Assembly (NCBI RefSeq): GCF_006345805.1
Contig: NC_042999.1
Coordinates: 62,062,001-62,126,000 of the forward strand
Source of the DNA: Octopus sinensis
Lineage: Eukaryota
Length of the DNA stretch: 64,000 bases
Direction: 5' to 3'
In this document: positions 34,650 through 48,265 of the stretch, piece after piece
Position numbering within the stretch: position 1 is the stretch's first letter
Layout: each line of letters begins with the position of its first letter
Notes under the pieces: model-generated
What the model was told of the DNA's origin: nothing
The model's database searches: none
The model's input: the letters and a program-made list of their open reading frames with translations, nothing else
Position numbers and translations under genes: made by a program

Positions 34650-37190
34650 TCAAGTCATCCAATTAGTTCTGTCCAATTTTACCTTTTTTTTAGATTTGAA
34701 TGAAATTTAATAGTATTTTCAAATATCTAATTCAATTAAAAATTATTTTTATGCATTTGTGTACGTTTAAACTAATTCAATATTGTTTTACAAAATAATA
34801 GAGGGTGTCCACAAAGTCTGCATACATGGGGATTAACACATACTTTTAAAACAAACCAATTTTATTTAATTATAATGTTAATAAATAATATTTTCAAAGT
34901 GATTTCCATCATTTTTCAATGCATAACTTGATGCACCTTGCAAAATTCAGGTGAGCTTGATTAAATAAGTCTACATTGCCATCAATTTCAGCACACTGAC
35001 TGGTAATGCGTTCTCTCATGTGTTTTAAATCTGTAATCTTTATTGTAATCTTTCTCTTTCAACATACCCCAGAAAAAGAAATCAAGGGGAGAAAGGTCTG
35101 GTGAACGAGGGGACCTTTCCATATGAGCCCTTCTTCCAATCCAGAGAGGAAAAGTGTCATTAAGCCAATTTCTAACAGTTGTGGCAAAATGGGTAGGGGC
35201 CCCATCCTGCTGAAACCAATTCGGAAGGCCCTCGCCTAGGCGCTCAATTTGAGATATTAATTTGTCTCTCAATATGTTTCATAAGTCTCATCCGTTACAT
35301 GTTCAATGAAGAAGGGTCCTAGAACATGAGCTTTCCACAAACCACACCATCACCTTTTTGCTACCTTGCTGTTTGGATTGATCCATCCAATGTGGATTAC
35401 CTCGAGACCAGTATAGAAGATTCTGTCTGTTGACCTCACCATTTACATAAAACGTAGCTTTGTCACTGAACAACAAAGTTTTTCGTAAAATTGATATTTT
35501 CATCCAATTTATCTGAAAACCATTCGCACGTCTACATTCGTCTATCAGGGTCGTCTTCATTTAAGTGATGCAATATCTGTAGGTTGTATCGATGAAACTT
35601 TTCCTCAACCAGTATTTTGTGGATGGTTGGTTTTGGAACACCTAACACTGTGGATGTCCGACGAAGTGATTTCTTTGAGCTAGCAGAAACTTTAGCCATG
35701 GTAGCCTCTTTCGCTTCATCTGAAGTCTTTGGTCGCCCGGAACGGGGTTTATCCAAAACACTGCCTGTTTCTTTAAATTTCTTGATCAATTTCCTGACGG
35801 CAGTAAAAAAAATAGGTTACCTATAAGGGTGTCGAAGATTAAATTCTTCCGCAATTTTGCGATAAGACCATCCATCTCGTCCACTTAATAATACTAACTC
35901 GATTCTTTCTTCTTTAGACAGAGCCATCATTCGATCATCTGTAGAAAAAATAACAAATAAATTTAGAAAAGTAAAGTATTTTTTAAATTTAATTTAAACA
36001 AAAGTAAAAAAGGAAAATTATTATTTCTTATATTTGTTTATGTTATGATTTTATTCCATGTACCCAGACTTCGTGGACACCCTAAAATTGCTTTGATTAA
36101 AACCCTTTCAACATGGAAGTATCCAAGGAGCATTTAAAGCACATATAATTCTTTATGAGTACAATAAAGGTAACTCTGCAGCCGAAGTGACTCGAAACAT
36201 ACACTCAGTTTATGGGAAAGTGCTTGAATGAAAGAACTTGCAGGAGATCGTTTGCAAAATTGAAGATGAAGATCGAATAGGATGTCCAGTTGAGTTTGAT
36301 GATAAGTTCCTTGAGGCATTACTTGAAGAAAATCCGTCATTATCAGTTGAAGAATTGGCAATAAAGCTTACTTCAAACCATATAACAGTTCATCGTCATC
36401 TTCAACAACGTGGAAAGATTCCTAAACTTGGAAAATAGGTACCTCATGTATTGTCCGAAAGCAACCGCAAATCCCGAGTTGACATCTGCTCTTCTCTCCA
36501 TTCTCGCAAACTCCTTTCACCCTTTTTCGATAGACTTGTGACGAAAAATGGATTTTCTATCGAAATGTTAAATGTCGTAAACAGTGGCTTGGTAAAAGGG
36601 AAAATGCTCAACCACAACTGAGAAGGGAACTTCATGGGGAAAAGGTTCTACTCTATCTGGTGCAATTGCAAAGGCGTAATTCACTTTATATTGTTACCAC
36701 CTAATGCAACAATCAATGCTCAAGTCTACTGTCAGCAATTAGAGCGTTTGAACCAAGCTTTGAAGGAAAAAAGAGCCGCTTTAGTGAATCAAAAACGAGT
36801 GATGTTTCATCAGGACAATGCGCAACCCCACACTGCAAAGATCACATCACAGAAGATCGAAGAGGTCGGTTTGGGAAAATTTCTTCATCCAACTTATTCT
36901 CCCGACCTTACTCCTTCAGGATACCATTTATTTCATAGTTTACAGAATTATTAGGGGGACACAACTTTCGCTCGCAAGCCAGGAGGAGGTCGAACCTGAC
37001 ATTTCAGAGTTCTTCGCTTTGAAACCAAAAGAGTTTTACATTGATGGGATTAAAAAGCTTGTAAATAGTTGGAAGTAAGTCATAGATAATCAGGGAAAGT
37101 ACATTGATGATTAACTTTCAATTAAATATAACATTTGATCACTTGGATTCTTTATCCAAAATTCGGACAGAACTTATGGGATGACCTGAG
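34650..37190 (+). mobile_element. Mariner (DD34D-type) transposon relic hosting a nested insertion
   Basis: TIRs caagtcatccaattagttctgtcc (34651) and ggacagaacttatgggatgacctg (~37165-37188). Broken transposase 36113-37110 with (W)VPHVL, HQDNAQPH and YSPDLTPS. Confidence 0.88.
34801..36082 (-). mobile_element. Tc1/mariner DD41D(rosa)-like transposon relic nested in the mariner 5' region
   Basis: TIR AGGGTGTCCAC(A/G)AAGTCTG..TACATGG at both ends, flanked by TA. Fragments PRSGRP, FSDKATF, FQQDGAP and RSPDLSPLDFFFWG, with 40 residues between the last two D. Confidence 0.88.
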
Positions 37191-38158
37191 ATATATACAC
37201 TGGCGAAAATATATTTAAGACAGACTATAAAAGTTCTATTTCTTACAAAATATTTTGTTACTAACACCATACAAATTATCTATATCTTTTACACCTTATG
37301 CAAAATTTATTTCTCTTTCGAATGATGCAAACAATTTTTATACAACTTGAAGAATTCTAATGCTAAATTAATATTTATTTCTTTACTGCCTACAAGGGGC
37401 TAAACATAGAGGGGACAAACAAGGACAGACAAACGGATTAAGTCGATTACATCGACCCCAGCGCGTAACTGGTAATTAATTTATCGACCCCGAAAGGATG
37501 AAAGGCAAAGTCGACCTCGGCGGAATTTGAACTCAGTACGTAATATAAACGTTTCAAATTTACCGGCAAAATTAGTTTATAAATGTAATATGTATGCAAT
37601 TTTTTGGGCCAAAATGGGTGGTCACACAACGAGCCTAAATGCACCATATAAAGTTATAATTTAATGTTATTATACAATTTATTAATAACGGGAAAACAAC
37701 GTAGCCTTAGTCCAGTCACGAGAGCAAAAATCGTAAAATACAGCAAAAAGTTTCCTTTTCGAACATCAGCAAGCAACTAAAGTGCAGTAAACCGGCTTGC
37801 GTGCAAGCGTGGAAGTTATACTCGGAGACTGGTCAATAAGGACTAGTAACAGAATATTTTGTAAGAAATAGAACTTTTATCATCGGTCTTAAATTTATTT
37901 TCGCCAGTGTGTATATTATATATATATATAATGTATATAATACGAGAATTTTAATGGAGATAACTTGCAGTATATAGTACAACATTTTTGTCTCCGTATA
38001 TGAGCTAAGTATTAATAAAATGTGGTATGCGATAAAAATTTCGGATATTTGTCTTAAAACATTCAGACAAGAAAATTCAGATGTAGCACATGAGGTATTA
38101 TTCCATACGAATATACACATATTTATGTTAAGAGTTTCACGATAAAAATATAGAAATA

Positions 38159-38688
38159 TTTGGTTGTCCGGAAAGTTCGTGCCGATTTATAGTAGCTTAT
38201 CTTTCGACTTATTTTAGAACATGTTTGAGTCCATAAAATAGGATTTGACTACACCTCCATTTAGAGCACAGTTTAAGCTATCTTTTCGTGGAAGAAGGTT
38301 TATGTTCCTATAACCTGTGTTAATTCTGTAACCCTTTAAAATAAAAGATGAGAAAGTTCATTTTCGGCACTTGATACTTTGAGAACCAGACAAAAATCCC
38401 TATTCCCCAGATATTGCTCCTTCGGATTTCCATTTATTCAGGTATCTGCAGAATAGTCTTAATGGTGAAAATTTCAATTCCTTAGATGACGGAAAAAGAT
38501 ACCTTGATGAATTCTTTGCTTTGAAACCACCCCAATTCTGGGAAGAGGGTATTTTCAAGGTAAAGAATAGATGGAGACGTATTGTGCAACGAAATGGTTC
38601 AGATTTGGTTCATTAAAAATGTAAGGGCAAGTATTTAGAGACCTTTTACTTTCCTTTAAAAATCGGAACGAACTTTCCGGACAATCAA
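38159..38688 (+). mobile_element. Mariner internal-deletion derivative (MITE-like)
   Basis: ~30-bp TIRs ttggttgtccggaaagttcgt, TA-flanked. N-terminal EKVHFRHL is joined to YSPDIAPSDFHLF... Confidence 0.88.
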
Positions 38689-38799
38689 TATAAACATGAC
38701 AATGAAATACGAATATAAACATGAAAAATAAAAACCTAAATTGAAAGAGGCGATTACAAATGTTTTTCCTAACCTGCAGCCGTTTCAGAAAAGTGGTTG

Positions 38800-40165
38800 T
38801 ACGAAGTATTCGAAATTCAGCCCTCCTTCCTCAGGGGTCCTTTCTCGAGGTAAAATCCAACAAAAAGCAGTAAGGCACTACATGGTGAGTATCCAATTGG
38901 TGGTAGTTCAGTTTTTGAGTTTTTTCTCCTGTCACCGTCTTGTAAACCTCTATGGCCTTGCTTACTTTACGTAGGAGGTCCACTTCGGTCACGATGATAG
39001 TGATGTCATCCGCGTACGCCGAAACCGACATTTCACGACCTGGCTGCCTCGGGATGCCACTCGGTTTTCGCAGCAGCGGCTCAAGAGCCACTACATACAG
39101 AAGCGGGGAGAGTGGGCATCCCTGACGAACCGAGCATTTGACTCTGAACGGCTTAGAAAGAAAGCCGTTCACCCGAACTACCGAGTCGACGTTGTCGTTC
39201 ATTTCAATGAACTACCGAGTCGACGTTGTCGTTCATTTCAATGAACCACCTGAGGAAGCCAAGACCCAGGCCGAACTGAGCCAGAACGGACACCAGGTAA
39301 TGATGGTCGACCCTATCGAAAGCTTTTGATAGGTCTAAATGGACCACTGCCCCTCCCTTGCCGGGGTCGTTATTAATTCCCTCTATAATGTATCTAATGA
39401 GACGGAGATTATCCTGAATGGACCTGCCCGGTGCGGCACACGTTTGTGCCTTCCCAATCAGTCCATTCGCTACACGCGCCAATCTGTTCGATAACACTTT
39501 GGCCAAAATCTTCAGCTCTGCGTTAAGCAGAGTGATGGGCCTAAAATTATCAATGACATCCCCCTTTTTCGGGTCCTTCCTGACTAGTGTCACCACTCCC
39601 CAACGCACAGATCTGGGAATAAACCCATTCTGTTGCCAGTTCGCGTAGACGTTCGCCAGTAAGTCCCCCAACAAGTCTGGCATACTCTTGTAAAGCTCGT
39701 GGGGTAGACCATCCAGTCCCGGCGCCTTACCTGCACCGCAGTCAGCCATGGCCTCTATTACTTCCTCAGGTGTGATCGGCTCCTCACTACACTTCGCGTC
39801 CCGCTCTGAGAGGCGCGGCAGCTCGTCGAGGAGGTCCGTTAGGCCCCTCCTCCTATCCGGTCCGCCGCTCCCCCCAAAGAGCTGGGCGAAGTGGTCCTGA
39901 AAAGCTTGACACATCTCCTCGGGCTCGTCTATCAACTTACCCTGTTGGTTCGTCAGAGATCGAATTGTAGCATCGTTGCCACGTTGGGTTTTCACCACTC
40001 GGGCCCATCCTGCGGCCTTGATTCCTTCGCTCCCCATTGCACGTTGTCTAGCCCTGACAATGCAACCCATGTGCTTGGCTTCGAGGTGCTGGTTCATAAC
40101 CAGCCTCTTGACCTTCACCTGGGCCGCAGTGCCAGTTCGCATTGCTTCCTCTAAGTCCACATATA
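38800..40165 (-). mobile_element. L1/Tx1-clade LINE reverse-transcriptase fragment, frameshifted
   Basis: GKAPGLDGLP, NFRPITLLNAELKILAKVL, DLSKAFDRV, RQGCPLSPLLY and AYADDI. A 34-bp tandem duplication (39175-39242) breaks the frame. Visibly GC-richer than its flanks. Confidence 0.9.
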
Positions 40166-40648
40166 ATATTCTGCAGATTTTCAAGAGAATTACCATGTTT
40201 AAATAAGAAATGAAAATCATTGAAAGGTTAATCATGCAAATAATAGCCAATTGGAATATTCCACTCTGTATAATAAAAAAATAATAATTTAAGATTACAG
40301 GTTTGTGAATAAGTGTTCATTGGATCTAATGATCTAATTGGACCGTATTTTCAAAAAGCATTTATGTTCTAAAAAATTATATTTTAAAGTTTAAGAAAAT
40401 TATCAGACGCTAAATATTTATGCTTACAACATACTAAAATGTCTGTAATTTTTTATATAGGGGTGAATAAATGAATTCTTGTGTCCCCTGTATCTAATTT
40501 TAAAATTCAGTAGTACTCCCTATATAAATTTTCCTAAGTCCGGAGCGTTAAACTAATAAACCTGTTTGCTGTTTACACACCCGTCTTCGCCTTTTGTTCG
40601 TTTCTTTTGTAAATTCCAAATATATATGTATGTCTGTGTGTGTATGCA

Positions 40649-40732
<84 letters not shown>

Positions 40733-40814
40733 ATATGGATTTCGTAGACAGGAACTGAAACAAATCGATCGTATATATGTATATGTATATATGGAAGTGT
40801 ATGTGTTTTGGTAT

Positions 40815-42855
40815 TGGCAACACGAATGACAATGGCCAGAGACTACTTGAATTTTGCACATACCATAACCTGTGCATCACTAACACATTCTTAGCCAACA
40901 AGACATCCCACAAGGCATCTCACCACTGACATCAGCTGGATCTCATGATTACACGAAGACCCTTTCTGAATTCTGTTCAACTGACTCGTAGTTACCACAG
41001 CGCGGATTGTGACACAGATCATTCACTAATAAGAAGCAGGGTGAGGATTCTGCCTAAAAAAGTCCATCACTCCAAGAAAATGGGCCAACCACGCATTAAC
41101 ACTGCCACAACCCCCGACCCTACACTGCGACAATGTTTTGCTCTTTCTATCAAAGTTGCCCTCAGTAGCTGCCCAACCACATCTGCTGAAAGTAGGTGGA
41201 ATTATATCAGGGAAGCTTTGTATACCACATCAATAGATACTTTCGGCATGAGAGAAAGGCAAAACCCAGATTTTATTCAGTGCTGGGCTCTCAGAGCTGG
41301 AAACAGTTATCGAAACAAAGCGTGCAGCTCTGATGTAATACAAGAGTGATTCTTCTATAAAGTCACTCGAAAAACTCAGAAAGGCAAGAAATAAAACCCA
41401 ACTGACTGCCAGACGCTGTGCAAATAGGTATTGGCAGGAAATCTGTCAGAGTATCCAGTCAACTGCTGACAATGGCGACAACCGTGGGATGTATGCTGGT
41501 TTGAAGAAGGCCCTCGGTCCATCCGCAACCAAGTCAGCCCCTCTGAAATCAACTACTGGGGATCTCATCAAGGACCAAAGCAAGCAAATGGATAGATGGG
41601 TGGAGTACTACCAGGATCTCTACTCACGAGAGACCACGGTAGCTGAAGCTGCAATCGAGGGTGTCAAGATCTTGCCAGTCATGTGTGAACTTGACAGTCT
41701 GCCATCTATAGCAGAGCTCACCAAGGCTATTGACGCCCTAGCAAGTAACAAGGCTCCGGGAAAAGACGGCATCCCTTTAGAGATCATCAAAACCGGCAAA
41801 ACACCATCCTGCTTCGGTACATTCATGAGCTTCTGTGTCAGTGCTGGGAAGAGGGCACAGTCCCTCAGTATATGCGGGATGTTAACATCATTACGCTTTA
41901 CAAAAACAAAGGTGACCGTGGTGATTGTAACAATTACCGTGGAATATCTCTTCTAAGCACTGTGTGGCTTTAGAAGAAGCAGATCAACTATTGACATAAT
42001 ATTCTCCATACGCCAACTTCAGAAGTCCAGAGAGCAGAAAATGCCATTATGTATGGCCTTCATTGATCTGACACGGGCCTTTGACTTAGTAAGTAGAAAA
42101 GGCCTCTTCATCCTGCTCCAAAAAATCGGATTCCACCAAAGCTGCTGAGGATCATCACATCTTTCCATGATGATATGCAAGGCACCATACAGTACAATGG
42201 TTCAACATCAGCCGCCTTCCAAATAAAAAATGGGGTAAAGCAAGGTTGTGTCCTTGCTCCTACATTATTTGGCATTTTCTTCTCGTTGCTGTCACATGCC
42301 TTTGTGACATCAAATGATGGAATGTTTCTGCACAGTAGAAGTGATGGGAAATTGTCCAATCTCTCGCGTCTGCGTGCCAAGACCAAAATCAGAAGCGTCC
42401 TGATCAAGGAGATGCTATTTGCTGATAATGCCGCTCTGGTATCACATAGAAGAAGCCCTACAAAGGCTCATCAACTGTTTTGAGCAAGCATGTGACAACT
42501 TTGGCTTATTTATCAACCTCAAGTATACCAACATCATGGGTCAGGCTACATCGACCATCCCAAACATACATATTGGAGACCACAGACTACAGGAGGTGGA
42601 GAGGTTTATCTATCTTGGGTCTACCGTCACCTACAACCTATCCCTTGATACAGAGCTCAATATACGCATTGGCAAGGCAACTGCTGTGATGGCCCAACTC
42701 TCCAAACGGGCATGGGACAACAATAAGCTGACCAAGACCACAAAAATGAAGATTTACCAGGCATGTGTACTTAGCACTCTACTGTATGACTTTGACGCCA
42801 TACACACGCCATACGACGCCATACGTCGCCTAAATATCTTTCACCTGCGCTGTTG
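40815..42855 (+). mobile_element. RTE (BovB/AviRTE-like) LINE relic, copy 1
   Basis: End of the APE domain (NGQRLLEFCTYHNLCITNTF), KAPGKDGIP, GVKQGCVLAPTLF and MLFAD. Frameshifted and 3'-truncated. Confidence 0.9.
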
Positions 42856-43189
42856 ATGAAATTTTAACCATAGATATTAGACACAAATGAAGTAATATTT
42901 ATAAAATTTCATCTTCTTACAAAGTTAAAAAGACCCCTTCATGGGGACTTAACACCCACAATTTTATCATTTTATCTAAGCAAAAACGAATACAGTTGTG
43001 CTCTTGGAAGCTGTAGGGTTACCCGAGCATAAAAGTTGGGCATTATTTGTAATTCAATGGTACAACAATGTAACAGTTTGCTTTGACATACACTTACATT
43101 GTGATTTCTGCAATGTGATGCATAAATTGTTAAGTAAATGAGAGGCATCTTTGTCTCCACTGATTCAGTTGTAAAGTGTTGAGTAAAGT

Positions 43190-43748
43190 TATTTGATTGC
43201 AGACCTCCTTTCAGTCTTTTTATTATCACTCGGTCACACATAGTCCCCAGATGGTAACATTGATTACAAGGCCTTCCCAGATGAGTGACTGGTTATTCAA
43301 AGACATTTATAGATTTTAAATTAATTATGTCCAGTTACGTATCAGTATAGTGGTCATTTGCAAACTCCTTAGGTGACACTTTAATTTCTCCTAAGCCCTC
43401 ATGTCACACAGTTGTTAATGTAGATTTCAGTTAGGTCACACCCTTCCAATTGCTATAGATTCATAATGCATCTTACGGCTGTGCCTGTCACCTGGATGAT
43501 GAGGAATCCTACATTGGGAGTGGTAACGACTAGGGTAGGGTAATTGACTGCTTATTGTGATCATTCGTCTTTTGGTTTCCATGTGGCACGATTACAATTT
43601 TTTTAGGGTGTGTAAGGAGGGAAATAACCCTCATCTGCAATTTTGATGAAATTCGAAACATAGATATTCCAGTTCATTCAGAAAATATAACAGAAAAGTC
43701 TAATTCTTCAATTGAATGTAACCGGACAACGCCGGGTATCTCTGCTAG
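43190..43748 (+). mobile_element. Non-autonomous Helitron-like element 3' portion, copy 1
   Basis: Ends in a GC hairpin ccggacaacgccgggt followed by CTAG|T (43745-43749). Homologous to 54445-55269. Confidence 0.65.
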
Positions 43749-45019
43749 TAGTGCAATAAATGTAACGATGCCGTTGATTTTTTTTTTACCAATTTTAAGA
43801 TCCCACATGGGGAGTGGCTTTAGTTATTCTCACCTCATCAACGAAAGCATTGTTCTTCTCTTCTCAAACAAATCAGCGTAATAGAATTTTATCAGGACAC
43901 AATATATTGTTACTACGCCAGCGGCGTTGAAATGAAAGAAAAATCTTTCATGAAGTGTAAAGTTTGTAGCTGCACAGACTAGAGACCTTGTAGGGGAGAT
44001 TCGAAACCTAATCGTTAGGTAATCGGTCAGACACCATGAGTGAGCCACCAGTTTCATGTAATCAGTCTATAAATCGACCAATCAGCGTGATGCTGTGGCG
44101 TGATATGGTTTTCTCGAAATTCTACAATTTAATCTCTTGTCTCCTAAAAAAAAACGTTTTGGGGGCTCAATCCACCGCAGAGTGTTGGACGCGGCTGACT
44201 AATTCACGTGCCTCCTCTCTTGCCATACAGGCGATTCTTGACATTTGGACAAACCCATTCTGAACATTTACACAATGTTTCATAAGTAACTTCTACGAAC
44301 GCAGCGCAGTTTTTCACTGTCTCCCATTCAGCAATGATCAATATTGTTCATTGTGTGTGTTTGTGTGCTTGTGCGCGTGTGTGTCTGTGTGTCTGTCTGT
44401 TTGTGTTTCTGTGTGTGCGTTCGTGTGTATGTATGTTTGTCTTCCACTACCGCTGGACAACTGTTGTTGTTTTGTTTAGAATAAGCAAAAGTCTTTAAAA
44501 AATGTGTTGGGCTCGATATGTTCGACTAAACACTTTGAGGCGCTGCGCGAACATGACCGAGTAGAAGATAAACGATAAAAGATAAAAGAGCTAGGTTATA
44601 AAGCATAATTTGCCATGTAACAATTTCTCGTTTATTCAAACGATTTACCACATCCTTTGCGGGGCGACGACGCACCCCGATCAGAATAGATTTATCTGAC
44701 CGAGCCGCTTTATGTAAAGACTTGAAATTTGGTACATGGAGTACTGATGATAGTACAAATCCTCAGAGACTTTGAACGACATCAATTAAACAATGAATCA
44801 ATTTACCGATACATGATAAGTAAAGATGAACATCTGTGTTTTTAGGGTTAAGATACGTAGCCATTTTGTATAGGCAATGAAAGCAATGAGGTGATTAATT
44901 GATAGGGCTTTAAAATTTATTAGGCAGTCAGATAGTATTAGGTTGTCAGATAGTATTAGACCATTGGCCACCTTTATTTTAATCCTTATTTTTTATCAGC
45001 AATTTAAACGAATCAGTAT

Positions 45020-45730
45020 TTTCTTCCATAGTTCATGATTTCTTGATAACGTTCCAATAACTCGTCAATGCCTTGACGGCAGAAACCATCGGGTCTTGGG
45101 CCGAAGAATTCATAGGACTACATTTTCAGCTCCACGCCGTTGTTGAACAATAGGCTTCGCAGACTGGTAGAGACCGAAAAAAAGTTATAATTTGAAGGTG
45201 GTATATCAGGAGAATATGACGGGTGCAGTAGAACGTCCTAACCGAACTCTTGAATAGCATTTTCCATCAAATTGACATGGAAAACGTTGTCGTATTGAAG
45301 AAACACGCCATGTTGCCGGCATCCATGCATCGAGTGTTTGGGCTTTACTTATCGACTGGAAGTGATGAGTGACGGTATCGTGAGAGCATGCCATCTGCTG
45401 GGTCAATTCTGGGATTGGCGTGGATCTTCGTGGATGAGTTCGTTCAATTGATCTTCCTTGAACTGAATAGTTCGACCAGAACACGGGATGTCTGTGAGGT
45501 CGAATTTCTCCTCCTTGAAGCGTGAAAACAATTTCTGCGTCGTTCTTGCAGTAACAGCGCCTTCTCCGTACACAACACAAATGCTTCGAGCCGCTCTGAC
45601 AGCCTTTGAATTTTGAATGAAAGCAAAGAGGAGCAGATGTCGAAAATATTCGGGTTTTTTTTTTCTCTACTTGGCACTCCTTCGTGATATGTCTGCAAAG
45701 AAGTAAAATTCATCAAATTTCAAAAGGGAT
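45020..45730 (-). mobile_element. Mariner deletion-derivative relic
   Basis: HTH region (FRHLLLFAF...YGEGAVTART) fused to the C-terminal HPSYSPDIPPS. An inverted partial copy lies at ~45870-45945. Confidence 0.75.
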
Positions 45731-46297
45731 AGACAACAGTTAGAGAGGAAGATCAGAGCTACAAAAGGACATAAAACACTATGGCAAAAATATTTTTCGC
45801 TTTAATTCAAATAACATGGGAAAGAAACGAACGAAGTTCTCTGACAATCTAATATGTGGTCCAAGTTTAAAACACGGTGCATGGATGCTGGCAATATGGC
45901 GTGCTTCTTCAACACGACAACGTTCGCTCCATGTCAGTTTGATAAGAACTGGGTTTTTTTTTTATTTCACTATTTAAAATGTTTGCTACTAAACCGCATA
46001 CCAATGATGTTGTCGCTTCTATGGAATTGGACATGCTTTATTGCGTTTACTTCGTCATGCCACAAAAGATAACGTACTTACTCTTTACCCTCTCTCTTAC
46101 TCTTTTACCTGTTTCAGTCATTTGACTGCGGCCATGCTGGAGCATCGCCTTTAGTCGAGCAAATCGACTCCAGGACTTATTCTTTGGAAGCCTAGTACTT
46201 ATTCTATCGGTCTCTTTCGCCGAACCGCTAAGTTACAGGGACGCAAACACACCAGCATCGGTTGTCAAGCGATGTTGGGAGGACAAACGCAGACACA

Positions 46298-46375
<78 letters not shown>

Positions 46376-47759
46376 CGACGGGCTTCTTTCAGTTTCCGTC
46401 TACCAAATCCACTCACAAGACTTTGGTCGGCCAGAGGCTATAGAAGAAGACACTTGCCCAAGGTGCCACGCAGTGGGACTGAACCCGAAACCATGTGGTT
46501 GGTAAGCAAGCTACTTACCACACAGCCACACCTGCGCCTATACTTCCGCAATTTTTTTTTTTTAGATTTTGACTGAAGTTAAATGAGTCACAATTCCTTA
46601 GAATATAGGAATGGTGTTGGTATACATCCAAAGGAAGTCCAATGTGTTAATGATATTTCCCCCCCCCCCAATACTTCAAATACTGTCAAATGATATAATG
46701 TAGAAAGTAATGGAATTTGATGAAATATGCAGTGAAGATCGACAAGGGGAAAAACTTCATTGTGAACAGTGTTTGAAAGAGCAAAAACAAACGATTGCAT
46801 ATGAAATACATCGAGCTAGCTATCAATTTTTTGTATTAGTTAATTGTGTGTGGTTTTCTTGCTCTAGGTTATTCTTATTTGTGTTAACACTAAACGATAA
46901 ATGTAGATAAAGTTACACTTTCATTAATTTCATAGCAACATTTTGCTAAAGGAGAAAAACTATACGTTAATTACAAAGAGAAATATACTGCCAACGGTTT
47001 GGTTAAAATTCGCAGATTTAAACTACGTTTAAACTTATAAAATATATTTTTGTCAAAAAATCTAGTTGAAATTATTGTTTTCTTTTCACACATTATACCA
47101 GTATACGAAGTTTCAAATTATTTAGTTAACTAGAAAAATCTGAAAAATCTGGCTTTCCAAAAGAAAAGATCGGGTTTGGGTTTTAAGGTTAGGGTCTTAG
47201 GGTTAGGGTTTTAGAGCTAGGTTTTATGGTTAGGGTTTTAGAGTTAGGGTTTGGTTTTGGGTTTAGGGTTAGGGTGGGATTTAGGATTAGAGTTACGGAA
47301 ACAAGCGAGAAATGAAGAAACTGGAGGTGGAGGGGTAGGGGGCAAATTTTTTTTTTCCGAAAATAGTTGCTGAAATCAGAAATTGCCGAAGAAAGACTTT
47401 CACTTTTTCATGAGCGGCTATCGAAACCGCTGGGTTTAATATGACAAAAGAAAATACAAAAATGGTGGGCTTTTATGCACATATGTACTACTAATGGATA
47501 TCATATATATGTACAAAATGAAACTTGAGATTTCGAAAGAAATTGTGATGTGTGCCACTATTTCCTTTTCACATCAAATTCCAATATAATCTGAATGTAT
47601 ACATTCTGAAAAGTATTTGTAGCAAATTTCATTAAAAATACCCAGTTATGAGGAAACAAAGTCAACTCATGTGAATTTCCCGAAACCTCTCTTCCTAACC
47701 ACAGAATTTTTTAAAATATTAAATTCCTACATAAGCGGAATATACACCATCTAAAACTA

Positions 47760-48265
47760 CCGTAAATCCTCAAGTATAATCCGCATTATTTTCCAAAATT
47801 TAAAAGTCAAAATCCCTACTGCGTACTATATATGCGGTTAAAAATGGAAATTATTTTCTAAGCAATGTCCAAGTCTCTATTTGCTGTCAGGCAATGTTTA
47901 TTCAGAGGTATTTGTGATGTCGGGCTCGAAAATACCTTAAGCTAAGCCTGAAAGCAATGAAGTCATAAAAGAATCATCCATAACTGCAATAAGCAACATT
48001 TATTAAACGTTATTACTGTTATTTTCTTATTTTCTGCAAACAAATGCACAAAAAAGCTACACGTTTGCATTATGTTATATATACAATAATAATAAAGGAC
48101 GTTACTGTATACATTTTAGAAAACAAGGACGTTATATAGACCTCCTTGACTGAAGTTAGAGAAGGGGTGCGTATTATACACAAGTTTAGGTTTTCCAGAG
48201 GTACAGCCCCCTAAAAATCCCCTGCGTATTATACTCAAAGGCAGACTATACTCGAGGATTAACGG
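47760..48265. mobile_element. Pogo/Tigger-like MITE
   Basis: TA-flanked TIRs CCGTAAATCCTCAAGTATAATC / GACTATACTCGAGGATTAACGG (3 mismatches). Confidence 0.8.

Noticed and set aside
40548-40913. ORFs rich in YI/HT/CV dipeptides here and at many other sites (e.g. 6222-6939, 46262-46576, 57647-58106, 63531-63801)
   Set aside because: They are translations of (TA)n, (CA)n and (TATG)n microsatellites.
46588-46910. Possible mariner C-terminal relic
   Set aside because: Only a vague similarity, with no TIR or catalytic motif.
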